Source: Tricharina praecox
Lineage: Eukaryota
Length of the DNA: 64,000 nt
NCBI RefSeq assembly: GCF_024521635.1
Contig: NW_026250405.1
Span: 1-64,000, forward strand
Reading direction: 5' to 3'
Made by a program: the position numbers and the translations under genes. The notes below the pieces were generated by a model. That model was not told the DNA's origin and searched no databases. It saw nothing but the letters and a program-made list of their open reading frames with translations. Shown in pieces: positions 35,901-45,628 of the stretch. The first letter of the stretch is position 1, and every line of letters begins with the position of its first letter.

Positions 35901-38342
35901 GCCATGAGGAACGCATCGGCACAAACGAGGCCCCAGAGAATGAGAACACGATCGATGCAAACACAGCAGATCGGATTGGACGAACGTCTCCGGAAGTTTG
36001 CCCCGCATCTGTTGCCTTCCGCTTTGCTGCCGAAGGCTCCTGTTCCGGTTCCGGTCGAAGTGGAACCGACACCACCGGAGTCGCCAGCTTTCATCCCGCG
36101 GAGGAGTTCAAAGAGAACTGCGCGGCGCTCCGTCACTGCACCAATCCCCGCTCCCTCCGAGCCCGAACCGGGTATGCACGATATGGGAGTCGGCACTACG
36201 CAGATTTACAGCTCGCCAAAGACGGACGATGAAATTTATCTTACTAGAGCCAGGAGTCGGAAGGAGATGGTACCGAAGAACCTCTTCAACAACATCGACC
36301 TCTCTCCCGATAACGAGGTCGGCTCTTCCGGAGACGACGGGTTCCCAGATGAGGGTGATAGTGGCAGCGAGTACAGGACGGCACTTTCAGCACCGAAGCC
36401 GAGGGGTGCGCGACGAAACACACCGGCGCTCAAGCTCAACATGCCAATGGCAGTCGCAGACGCCGATATACCACGAAGGCAAGCCAGTGTACGGCGGGGT
36501 GCCATGGTTGCGTCCGGCGTTGCTGCACACGGTCGGGTTCGTAGTCCAAGCCTGACGAGTAACCGCACTTCCGAAAGCGGTAACACCTCGGCGGTGGCGA
36601 AGGTTGGACCACCATTCCCGGTTCCTACCAGACACAGCTCGAAGCGTCCGGGTTACCTGAGCGATCGCGACAGAGCCACGCCTAGTCCAACTGGATCTCA
36701 AAAGTTGAAACGAGGTAGCTCTTCGAGGCCAAAGCCGCCAAGGCCGCAGTCGATCCGTAAGGTCAGGTCGGCTACTGTTCTGCCTTCCACTCGCGACGGC
36801 ACAAGGTCGCCTCCGCCGTTGAGTACTTCCTCAATTGCGCCCTCAAGTCCAGGATTACCACCTCCCCTACCTAGGGATGAGATTTCCTCGACTGCGTTTG
36901 ATCGCCGAGGATTTGGACAGTCCAGACACAGGCACCAGGCTAGTAACAATACTCAAAACACCATGAACACCAACAATACCAGCAATACCTTGAATACCAG
37001 CACCACCGTGACTACCAACAACCCAGGCCAAGTTTCTGGGGGAACTGTTCAGCAGACGAGTGTTGTGGATGCCATTGCCCAGACCATGGTCGGAGAGTGG
37101 ATGTGGAAATATGTCCGCCGGAGGAGGTCCTTTGGAGTTTCCGATGCCAATCCCCAGGGTGATGATTCCGCAGGAGGCCAACGACACAAACGCTGGGTAT
37201 GGCTGGCGCCTTACGAAAGGGCTGTCATGTGGTCCAGTCGACAACCCACAAGCGGCAGCGCACTTTTAGGTAAAAGTGGTAGAAAACGTAAGCGATCAAT
37301 CTTACATCCCTTCGGCGGTCCGGACGGATACTCCAATGTTATGGATAAGGTGCTGACCAAGAAAGTCCTGATTCAATCTGTGCTTGATGTGAAGGATGAC
37401 ACTCCATTGCCAAAGGGGGCCGCACAGACAGTTTTCAATAGGAGCATTCTCATTTTGACCCCGGCGAGGGCACTGAAATTTACGGCACCGAGTAGAGAGC
37501 GCCATTACGTTTGGCTGACTGCGTTGAGCTTCCTGAGTCATTCGGCGGAGTCCAATGATGGGTTGCTTGCGCTGCCGCCGCCCATGCCGTTTGAATACGA
37601 CCAGGTGGATCGCCGTCACCCCGCACCGCCGCCAGTTCCCCCAGCAGCCCCGGCGAGGTTGAATGCATTTAGCGCAACGCGAGATTCCGTGCGACTTACC
37701 AAGGGCAAGGGTAGAGTTTCTCCTTCTGCCAACAACAGTGCATACCCGAGTGCCCACGGGTCTGCAGCCGTAAGTCCTGGGTTGTTGAATCCGGGCGCCA
37801 TGGCCAGCACGGAAACTCTGTCGGCCGAACCGCCGACGATCCCCCGGTTCCCCGGGACTTCAAGGCGAAGGAGGAGCAACAGCAACATGCACCGGCCACA
37901 AACCCGAGGAGGATACGAAAAGAGTCTGGAATCGTACAGTACTAGCAATGCTGGCTCGACCAACGGCGATTCGTTCCGGCCGGACTCGTTCTACGGTGTT
38001 GGCGGCATCGGCTTGCCGTCGCCAAGTTCGTCGTTCGCTCGTGGAGACTATGTTGGCAACGCTGGCAGCGCTGGCAATGCCGCCGGCAATGCTGGCGGAG
38101 GTGCGAGCGGCTGGGACGCAGGGCCTGTGGGGACCGTAAGAATGGAGGCGTTCATCGACCGGCAGACCCAGCAGTACGAAGATTACGATGTCGACGACAC
38201 GAGCTCGAGGCCCGACAGCTACCACGTAAAACGAGACCGCAGGGCGAGTAGGCATGAGGCGTACTGGGGCCGGGGGGCGGGCTTCTATGGAGCGCCGGAA
38301 GACTTTTGGCGCGGAGGCGATGACCCATTCCGTGGATTCTAA
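32958..38342 (+). CDS. Large coiled-coil protein with a C-terminal Mcp5/Num1/ApsA-type PH domain (cell-cortex anchor-like), 1768 aa after splicing
   Basis: N-terminal coiled coils; PH-like block DAIAQTMVGEWMWKYVRR...RHKRWVWLAPYERAVMWS...RSILILTPARALKFTAPSRERHYVWLTALSFL. A 78-nt in-frame intron 37288-37365 (GTAAGC..CTGAC..AAG) gives GKSGRKLLIQSVLDVKDD. An in-frame TAA upstream supports the ATG. Orthology to Num1/ApsA is not established. Confidence 0.88.
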   Translation: METDLDDFTDYASEAPLPPPRGTPYDRSPMLSRHPSRGQSPNMAGNPIPPPDRRRMSSQIHDGAFDETISILDPRRFTPTLHANLVAEILSLRRELESKNGLVETLENELDATRVEHENANEAVATALKEARDVKRQLARAEKDDAMAVVAQERDEAVQALADSKKQMERLSKSRRAAEEDLEQLRKAQERDSERFEEAKRGFERRAHVAEGRLKAVLDEIAAARASAMSPPPPAPPTMAHHPSHQRVMSEDYGDFHGGSDTRSIRSSTMSIGDRPSSLMMGDDEAERLGISLHGNGGGLSLADELNFDQSEDDEGTGTEREQTDAEPEDMVSDTESVEDVDELPELADMGIQCEPEINFEERALELEDLLDERAVELERAYNTIQQKTEEMDALYSELDTAHNRAFDLEEKLDFLNTQGVKMDQEHDARVERFEEEAKVFHAMEKEKEQLFAARSLEIDVRSSELDVRAVELDVRSSELEIKSVELANRSSELDERAVKLDERSVELDGRTTGLDERRAALESMYIELEARETELRQEADVMREINEERSASLDDREIELEDRERVLSAEEAEIKELKEWVDQELNLIKEGKEEAIAMVKEEDLAPRTTDAYTEPPFLAYISTATDAPEEPMPVVFVSTGTDAPKEPEPLVYVSTAVDAPKAIEYVSTATDAEVVVYASKAIDAPKEPEPAVCVSTASDAYGEPYPKVFVSTASDAFTTKVYTSTASDAYEYVQPRVYISSATDTITEAPAKEYTSTATDAEPVAYMSTASDAYEDPYPKLFVSTATDAPTVPPPPVCVSTEVQTLDEPMVSTEAQTSEEPMVSTEVQTADLMVSTESQTLEKVMVSIESQTAIIYASAEVQAVEEPIVFTSAEMQTEEEEKPEPIVYVSTEVQAVEEPMVYISMESQTMEEPQPIVVSTEMQTNGLPSPPPTPLLEKPKPLMQSAGIQTDAVRPPKPTILRVPAIMVSPPEPTPPLPKPAMRNASAQTRPQRMRTRSMQTQQIGLDERLRKFAPHLLPSALLPKAPVPVPVEVEPTPPESPAFIPRRSSKRTARRSVTAPIPAPSEPEPGMHDMGVGTTQIYSSPKTDDEIYLTRARSRKEMVPKNLFNNIDLSPDNEVGSSGDDGFPDEGDSGSEYRTALSAPKPRGARRNTPALKLNMPMAVADADIPRRQASVRRGAMVASGVAAHGRVRSPSLTSNRTSESGNTSAVAKVGPPFPVPTRHSSKRPGYLSDRDRATPSPTGSQKLKRGSSSRPKPPRPQSIRKVRSATVLPSTRDGTRSPPPLSTSSIAPSSPGLPPPLPRDEISSTAFDRRGFGQSRHRHQASNNTQNTMNTNNTSNTLNTSTTVTTNNPGQVSGGTVQQTSVVDAIAQTMVGEWMWKYVRRRRSFGVSDANPQGDDSAGGQRHKRWVWLAPYERAVMWSSRQPTSGSALLGKSGRKRKRSILHPFGGPDGYSNVMDKVLTKKVLIQSVLDVKDDTPLPKGAAQTVFNRSILILTPARALKFTAPSRERHYVWLTALSFLSHSAESNDGLLALPPPMPFEYDQVDRRHPAPPPVPPAAPARLNAFSATRDSVRLTKGKGRVSPSANNSAYPSAHGSAAVSPGLLNPGAMASTETLSAEPPTIPRFPGTSRRRRSNSNMHRPQTRGGYEKSLESYSTSNAGSTNGDSFRPDSFYGVGGIGLPSPSSSFARGDYVGNAGSAGNAAGNAGGGASGWDAGPVGTVRMEAFIDRQTQQYEDYDVDDTSSRPDSYHVKRDRRASRHEAYWGRGAGFYGAPEDFWRGGDDPFRGF

Positions 38343-39761
38343 CTAATGGAGGATGGATGTTTTGTGTTTTGTGTTTTGTGTTTTGTGTTTTGTTTCGTTC
38401 GCGCGCGCTTTTCATGTTGATGAATGGGACTGGACTGGACTGGGTTTGCAGTTCCTGGTTTCTGGTTTCTCTGTTACGTTACGGGGAGGCGTCGGTTTGG
38501 TTTTTTTTTCTGGGTTGTACATTAATAGCGTCTGTTCCTTTTTCTTTTTCTTCTCCACCATTTCCCTTTTTCCTTTTCCTTCTTTTTTTTCCTTTTCTTG
38601 CGAGGCATTCATTGGCTTTTTGCGAACGGGTGGTTTTTTTTTCTTCCTTCTCTTTTCTTTCTCTTCCCTTTTCTCTTTCGAGCAACTTTCTGTACTGGCA
38701 TGGCATGCAAATGGGGTTACAAAAGAACATTACATTGACTTTTTAATTCCGGGTTTTCCTAGGCTCCAGCAACATTAGTTTTCTTCTTCTCTTCTCTTCA
38801 TATTTGCTCTTCTCTTCTCTTCTTCTTTGATCTTCTTTGCTCTGTACAGCTTCACATTTTTCTTGGCAGTTTTAGACAGTGGCCGTGGTGGTGGCTGGTG
38901 GCTCGTGGTTGTGATGGTGGTGAAGGGGGTGGCGGGAAATACTCAGGCGATTTCGATATCAGGCATTCGTTGGGAGAAAGAATCGTTTTCCATTTATCAT
39001 TTCGTTTTTAATATTTTTTAACTTTTGCGTCAAGCCTGTGGGCCGTTTCTCTTACTCTCTTTTATTGTTTTCTCTTTTTCTTTACTCTTTTGATTGGGAG
39101 AAGTTGGGACTTGTTTAATGATGATTCGATGTGGATGGATGGTGGAATTGAACTGACAACTGACAAATTAACTGACAAATTATACACTGGAGGGCGCAGG
39201 TTTTTTTTTAAGTGGAAGATGTGGATGTGGATGTGTATGGCAATTGAGTGGTGAGGATTCTACGGAGGATGGCTGGACGGATGGAGGATTTATGGAGGAT
39301 GGGAATTGGGACGGGACTCTTGAGAGCCCTCTTGTGCATACTAGTAGTATTTGCATAGTATGATACAGTATTTGCATAGTATTTTGCGGTCCATTTTTGC
39401 GTGCGTGCGTGTGTACTGTAAGGACTGTGGGCCAAGTGAGGTTTCGTGATCGGATCGAGCGAGAGGGCTTACATAGAGAGGAGTCGGGAGTATGGTAGCT
39501 ACATCATCGGAAGTTAGCCCTGGGAGAGGGACGTGATAATTGATAAGATGGGATGTGCGGGAGCGTTGTGCTATCTATGTCTACAGTACAGTAAGACTGT
39601 AAGTATCAGAGCTGCGGTATGACGAGCGGACCTGTAGGCTGTCTGTCTGTCTGTCTGCCTGTCTCACCACGGTAATATCATACCTATGCTACATAGACTG
39701 CCGTCGATGGGCTATGGCCCATGGGTGAAGAACCCGTGTATGCATCTACATAGCATACTTA

Positions 39762-40103
39762 GGGCCTGTTCGAATGTTAGCTGCATTTTGAATCCACCGC
39801 CCAAAATCGAGATGCAGTTTGAAAGTTGAAACCCTCAGTTTCCGGGCGATGGATGACCTAGGTGAGCGTTCGACACACCAGTGACCACCCCAAGCTCACA
39901 ACTCGAGAAACTGCCTATTATCGACTGAGCCACAACACATAAAAAGTGCGGCGTGCTGTTGAAAATCTAGTTTGCCGAAAGGGTCAACGAGGGAGATGAG
40001 AGTTTGCAGAGAGTTTGCAGCTGCAGCTTTGGTAACCTTCAACTCGTCAGAAACCCCAGGTTCGAAAATACATGCAGCTGGCAGCGGGCAGCCGAACAGG
40101 CCC
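39762..40103. mobile_element. PIF/Harbinger (Tourist-like) MITE, 342 bp
   Basis: TTA|GGGCCTGTTCG ... CGAACAGGCCC|TTA: perfect 11-bp TIR, TTA TSD on both sides, and subterminal inverted AGCTGCAT/ATGCAGCT. Confidence 0.88.
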
Positions 40104-40954
40104 TTAGGTACACACATGTAAACACCGAACGTCGTCAAGCCTCAAGCCTCGAGCCTCAATCCTCAAGGAGGCAGGCCGTTGAGTCGTTGACCGTCTTTCT
40201 ACTTATAAAGATCCGATGATCCGATCCTCGACCCGCACCACCGGCGTCTAGTCCGCATCCGGCCGTGGCGCTTACATACGAACTTGCGCGGATAATACGG
40301 AAGTCGTCCAGACGACGCCAGTACGGTACCTACCCCACTTCTCTTGGAAACTTCTCTTGAAAGTAGTTAGGGAAGCTTGTGTCTCGGGCGAGTGCTTTCT
40401 CCACCTCTCCCCCAGCTTCCTTTTCATCACGGATGAGTAGAAGAGAGGCTGCTGCGAAAGACGAAGAGTGGATACTGACGAAGAGTGGATACTGGACACT
40501 GGAGACTAGAGACCGTTACACAGGCGCGCGAGCAGTGGTTGCTATGCTTTGTAAATGCATACATACGAGTTGATGCTGATGCTGATGCTGATCATTGTCG
40601 CTGTGTGACCGAACGGTCTGGACGGCCTGAAAGGACGGCCTGAACGGCATGACGACCTGCAGGCTAGGGCCAGGGCCATGTAGGCACAATCTATCAATCT
40701 ATAGTCGGCGAGGGGGGAGATCGACGGTTCGACTTCGCGGATAGATGCTTGGGTCAGGTCAGGTCTGAGGTAGGTAGGTAATTGCTGCCTATCTACCGTA
40801 TGTATGTCTAGTGCACAATGCGGGGAAGGGATAGATAAAAAGCCTATGTACTCCGCCAGTCGCTGCCACCATCCCATCCCACCTCAGCATTGTCTACCGG
40901 AAAGTAAGCACTTAGACACTCCCCCCCCACACACGCAAACAACAACACAACACA

Positions 40955-41815
40955 ATGGCCTCCAACCCTCCAGGAAAGTGCTGTGGCGAGGGTCACATCC
41001 ACGATGGCACCCCCAAGGGAAAGATCACCACCTTTGCCGGCGGTAACTAACCATCTCGCCCCTCCCACTGCTGGTGGCTCCGCTGACGCAGTGTCCTCAG
41101 TCGAATCCTACATCAGTCCGTCCCCCTCGGGCTCCACCTCCAAGGTCCTCTACTTCCTCACGGACATCATCGGGCACGGCTTCATCAACGCGCAGCTTTT
41201 GGCGGACGGGTACGCAGCTCACGGCTACCACGTGGTGATGCCGGACCTCTTCCGGGGCGATCCATGGCTGATGGACGCGTCCGCGCGGGTTCCTGCGGAC
41301 CTGACGCTGCCCGGGTGGGTGCAGAACCACATGCTCCCGCAAGTAGAGCCGATCGTCCTCCAAGTCCTGGAGGGAATCAAGAGCGAGCTGAAGCCGCAGA
41401 AGATCGTCGCTGTTGGCTACTGCTTCGGCGCGAAGTATGTCATTAGATTGCTCGCGAATGAGGTGCAGGCGGGATATGTCGCCCACCCGAGCTTTGTCTC
41501 CCTCGAGGAGCTCGCCGAGATTAAGGGCCCGCTTGCGATTGCCGCTGCTGGTTTGTCCCCGCCCCGTCCCCCCACTGGGTAGGTATCACGAGGCTGATGA
41601 CTCTAGAAACCGATTCCATCTTCACGACTGAGCTGCGCCACGAGACGGAGGCGAAACTGAAGGAGATGGGAGCGACGTACCAGATCAACCTTTTCGGCGG
41701 CGTCGAGCACGGCTTTTCCGTCCGCGGCGATATGTCCAAGCGCTGGGAGAAGCGGGCGAAGGAGAAGGCGTTCGAGATGGCGCTCGAGTGGTTCCAGTTC
41801 CACCTGGACGGCTAG
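40955..41815 (+). CDS. Dienelactone hydrolase family protein (AIM2-like), 248 aa, 3 exons
   Basis: MASNPPGKCC start; introns 41043-41100 and 41551-41606; nucleophile motif GYCFG, plus AHPS, ETD and HGF. Confidence 0.93.
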
Positions 41816-42865
41816 GAAGGCGACGGGCTAGGGCTTGTAAAGGCAAGTGCCCGGCTGTAGGAGTGCGCAGCATCAATGGGGGCGGGGAAGGGACGTATAC
41901 ATAGAGCGGCGCATGTATGAGTGAATGAATGAAACAATTGAATCTCACGTTCGATACCCTACATACGTCTGCCGGGAATATGGCCATTGAGCATGCATAG
42001 CCAATCACTCATAACAGCAGCGGCCTCGGCTTACTAAACGTGCGACTGTGCTGACAAATGAGCCAGTCCCTACTTTTCGTGCGAACCCGAAGCCGGGAGG
42101 CGGACGCCGGAGATATCGTTGCAGCGCAACTCCGAAGTGCGGGGGCTCCTACATGTAGATCCCTGCCCGGTGACGCCGTCGTGCAGGACTGCGAAGGAAG
42201 GAACGGAAGAAAGGGTTTCCAAAGTGAAGAGCGAGCAGCTTGTTGCTGATACGATGGAGCTTTTTCTGCCCCTCTTCTTCGAAGTTCGACTGTTCGAGGA
42301 GCCTGTGGTATGTACAGTACGGTACCGTATGTAATCGCATGGCCTGACTTGATTGGCCCGGAGCATTATTGCTGCTGCTGCTGGGTCTGACGTATCGAAA
42401 TCTCTGTCCTCTGTCGGCGGGCAGAACAGTTACCGAGAGGAAAAGATCGAGATGTGTGTTTATCAGCGGGATCCGGAGCGAATTCGGGCTCGGATGAGCG
42501 CGTCTCCGCCCTGCCAGGTGAGGTGAGGGGAGGAAAACAATCTGCAAAAACACCCCCGATACGGAGGAGGGGTGACTGTGCTCGGGAGGGAGGGATCGCG
42601 GATCGATCTGGATTCGATTACATATGGGCCTATAAAACCCGCCCGCGACCGTTTTGCGTCACCAGTTGTAGCTTTGGCAGATTTCACTACGGACATCCAC
42701 ACAAGATTCGTTCGAGACTTCAGCTCCTTCTCGAGTCCTTGTAGGTACATACGGTACTTGATCCTCCAGTTGCAGCACAGAGGAAGCGGGGCACTCCTGG
42801 GCCGGCAGTGCATACGGTACGGTAGCGATTAGTGAGGCTCTTTAGCATTAGCCTGCAGAGTCGCG

Positions 42866-45006
42866 ATGGAGCATTCCGATCCCCCGCCGCCTCGAACCTT
42901 CGACGCGTCCTCACGCACGTCCTCGTCCTCGTCCTCCTCGTCCACGTCCTCGTCCCTGTCCAACGCCAACCTCGTCGGCCACCTCGAGCACGCTTCGATA
43001 TTCCGGCCGATAATCTTCAACGCCACCGCCACCGCAGCCCACGGGGATGACTCCTCCGCCGTCGAGACGCCGCCAGATTCCCGGCCCGAGTCGGACCACG
43101 AATTCGACGACCACCGACTACCCGCGCGCGCGGACCGGCGCAGCAGCTTCCCCGGGCTCGCGGGCAACGACGCGGGCTCGCTGAGCGATCCTCGGCGGAA
43201 GAGTGCGGCCGACGGACTGCTGGTCTCGCTTGAGAGGATCCCCGCCGAGAAGGGAGAGACCGGCCGCCGGTATGTGCTCAAGATTGACGATGAGATACGG
43301 GAGCTCCTGGCGGCTGGGGCGAGGGAACGGGTCTGGGGGAGGAAGGACGAGAAGGATGGGGGAAGGCGAAGGAGGAGGAGGTTTGGAGATCTGGTGTTCG
43401 TGGAACGGTTTACTATGTTTGATTCGATGAATCCCGAGAGCGCGAAAAGTCCGTTTCATGGGTTTTATGTGCTCATATGGTGAGGCGCCCTTTGCGGAGC
43501 GGGGTGGTTTGCAATGGCTAATGGCATGGGCTAGGTTGGGCGTGGCTCTGTTCATGATCAAGACTGCGGCGGAGAATTATAGAATTACTGGCCGGATATT
43601 CGATGTTGACATTCTGTCGATTATGTTCCAGCCGACGCACCTCTTTGACTGCCTGTTCGCCGATGCGATAATGTTCTACGGCAGTACCTTCTGGAACGTG
43701 CCGCTACAGCGTGCCGTGATGAGTGGCGTCATCTCCTGGAATAAGTCGGGGTGGATACTCCAGGCGCTATGGGAAGCCGCGTACCTCTACCTGATCGTCT
43801 CGTACACGCTCTACCGAGAGTGGCCGTGGATCCAAACCGTCTTCCTGGTACTGCACTGCATCGTCATCTTGATGAAGCAGCATTCATACAGTTTCTACAA
43901 CGGCTATCTGAGCGAGGTCTCGAAGCGGCGCAAGGTCCTCGAAGACAAGCTCGCACATCTCGAGGACGCGGGGGCAACCACGACTGGCGCGGATTTCCTG
44001 GGCGTAGACTCGCTCCGGGACCGCCGGCGCTCCTCGGTCGGCCTGCTAGACATCTCGCAGTTCCCCGATGAGCTCGATCCTCGGCAGGCCAGCCGGTTTG
44101 CCTCACTCGTACGTGCCGAGATCGAGGCGTGCGATGCCGAGCTCTCCCTAGAAGCTACAAACTCTCCACGGGTCACCTACCCGGAGAACCTCACTTTCTC
44201 GAACTACCTCGAATATATCCACTTCCCCACACTAGTCTACGAGCTCGCGTACCCACGTACGCGCTCAATCAACTGGTCATATGTCGCCGAGAAGACGGCG
44301 GCTACCTTCGGTGTCCTGGGAATCATGATCGTCGTGTCGCAGCACTTTATGTACCCCGTTGTCATCCATTGCCATTCGCTGCGTTCCCTCCCGCTCTCCG
44401 CAAGGCTTGCGGAGTTTCCGTGGATCCTGCTGAAGTTGGTGTTTCCATTCATGGTGAGTACTTACTTACCCACCCAAGTGGGTAATCCGCAGACACTAAC
44501 CAACGACGACAGGGTGAATACCTCTGTGTCTGGTACCTAATCTGGGAGCTAATCCTCAACCTGCTGGGGGAGCTCACGCGGTTCGCCGACCGCGGCTTCG
44601 CCTCCGACTGGTGGTACGTCTCCTCCTCCCTCTTCCTGCAAACCTCCCTAACCTCCACAGGAACGCCACAACCTGGGACGCCTTCGCGCGGGACTGGAAC
44701 AAGCCGGTGCACAACTTCCTATTACGGCACGTCTACCACAGCAGCATCTCAACGTTCCAGATATCGCGGGAGACGGCGACTTTGATCACGTTCCTGATCT
44801 CGGCGGCCGTGCACGAACTCGTCATGTGGTGCATCTTTGGCAAGCTAAGGGGTTACCTGCTGCTCGCGCAGATGTTCCAGCTGCCGCTGGTGAGTCTGAG
44901 TAGGACCCGGCTCATGAGGGATCGGAAGACGCTGGGAAATGTACTATTCTGGATCGGTATCTGGACTGGCCCGAGTTTTTTGAGCGCGAGTTATTTGATA
45001 CTGTAG
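42866..45006 (+). CDS. Sterol O-acyltransferase (ARE/ACAT, MBOAT family), 659 aa, 4 exons
   Basis: Introns 43480-43534, 44454-44512 and 44614-44660. Motifs SPFHGFY, MKQHSY, FPTLVYELAYPRT, ELTRFADRGFASDWWN, WNKPVHNFLLRHVY and SAAVHE. Confidence 0.95.
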
Positions 45007-45628
45007 GCGCAGGGGATATACTACAATCTATAGTACATGGAATAAAGTTTTGGCGGTGATTGAGAGCGGTCTAGATGACTTGTTTGATTGTACAATATTA
45101 TGCAACGCTGGCAACCGACGAAGGGGTCGGAAGTAGATGGAACTCCGCATACCTACTGAGAGATCGAAATCGTGTGACCGTATGAATAGAGAAGGGAAAA
45201 CGTCCACGGTCGAGATCTTATGAACATGTAACCACACTTCCCCCATCACGCTAAACCTGAACCACAACCCCTCATGGGCTCTCACTCGCGGGCACATGAT
45301 GAATTCCAGTTTCGCCGACAATGGCGGGTGATGCTGCGGCATGGTCGCCTAGAGTTCTGTCTGCACTCTGGTGCTGACAAATATTGGACGATAAGAGTTC
45401 TCGGAATCCCTCACAGACCGAAGATTCGTTGTCCCATAGGATCGGAAGACTAGCTTTGCGGCTAGGTAGAGCCTGTCTAGGCCGCAAAACGGGGGAAATA
45501 TGGTCATGTGTTTATGGCACTGGGTATGTCAGATGGGGTATTACAACGGAAGGCCGTATGTATCACGTTCGGCCAAGTAATGGGAGCAAAACAGTCCAAT
45601 TCCCGCAAGCAAAACACCGTCTACATAG

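Noticed and set aside
38353..39021. Phe-rich membrane-protein-like ORFs
   Set aside because: Translations of the T-rich 3' UTR of the PH-domain gene.
39117..39170. C/D snoRNA-like ATGATGA...CTGA
   Set aside because: The span is too short, with no terminal stem or recognisable guide.
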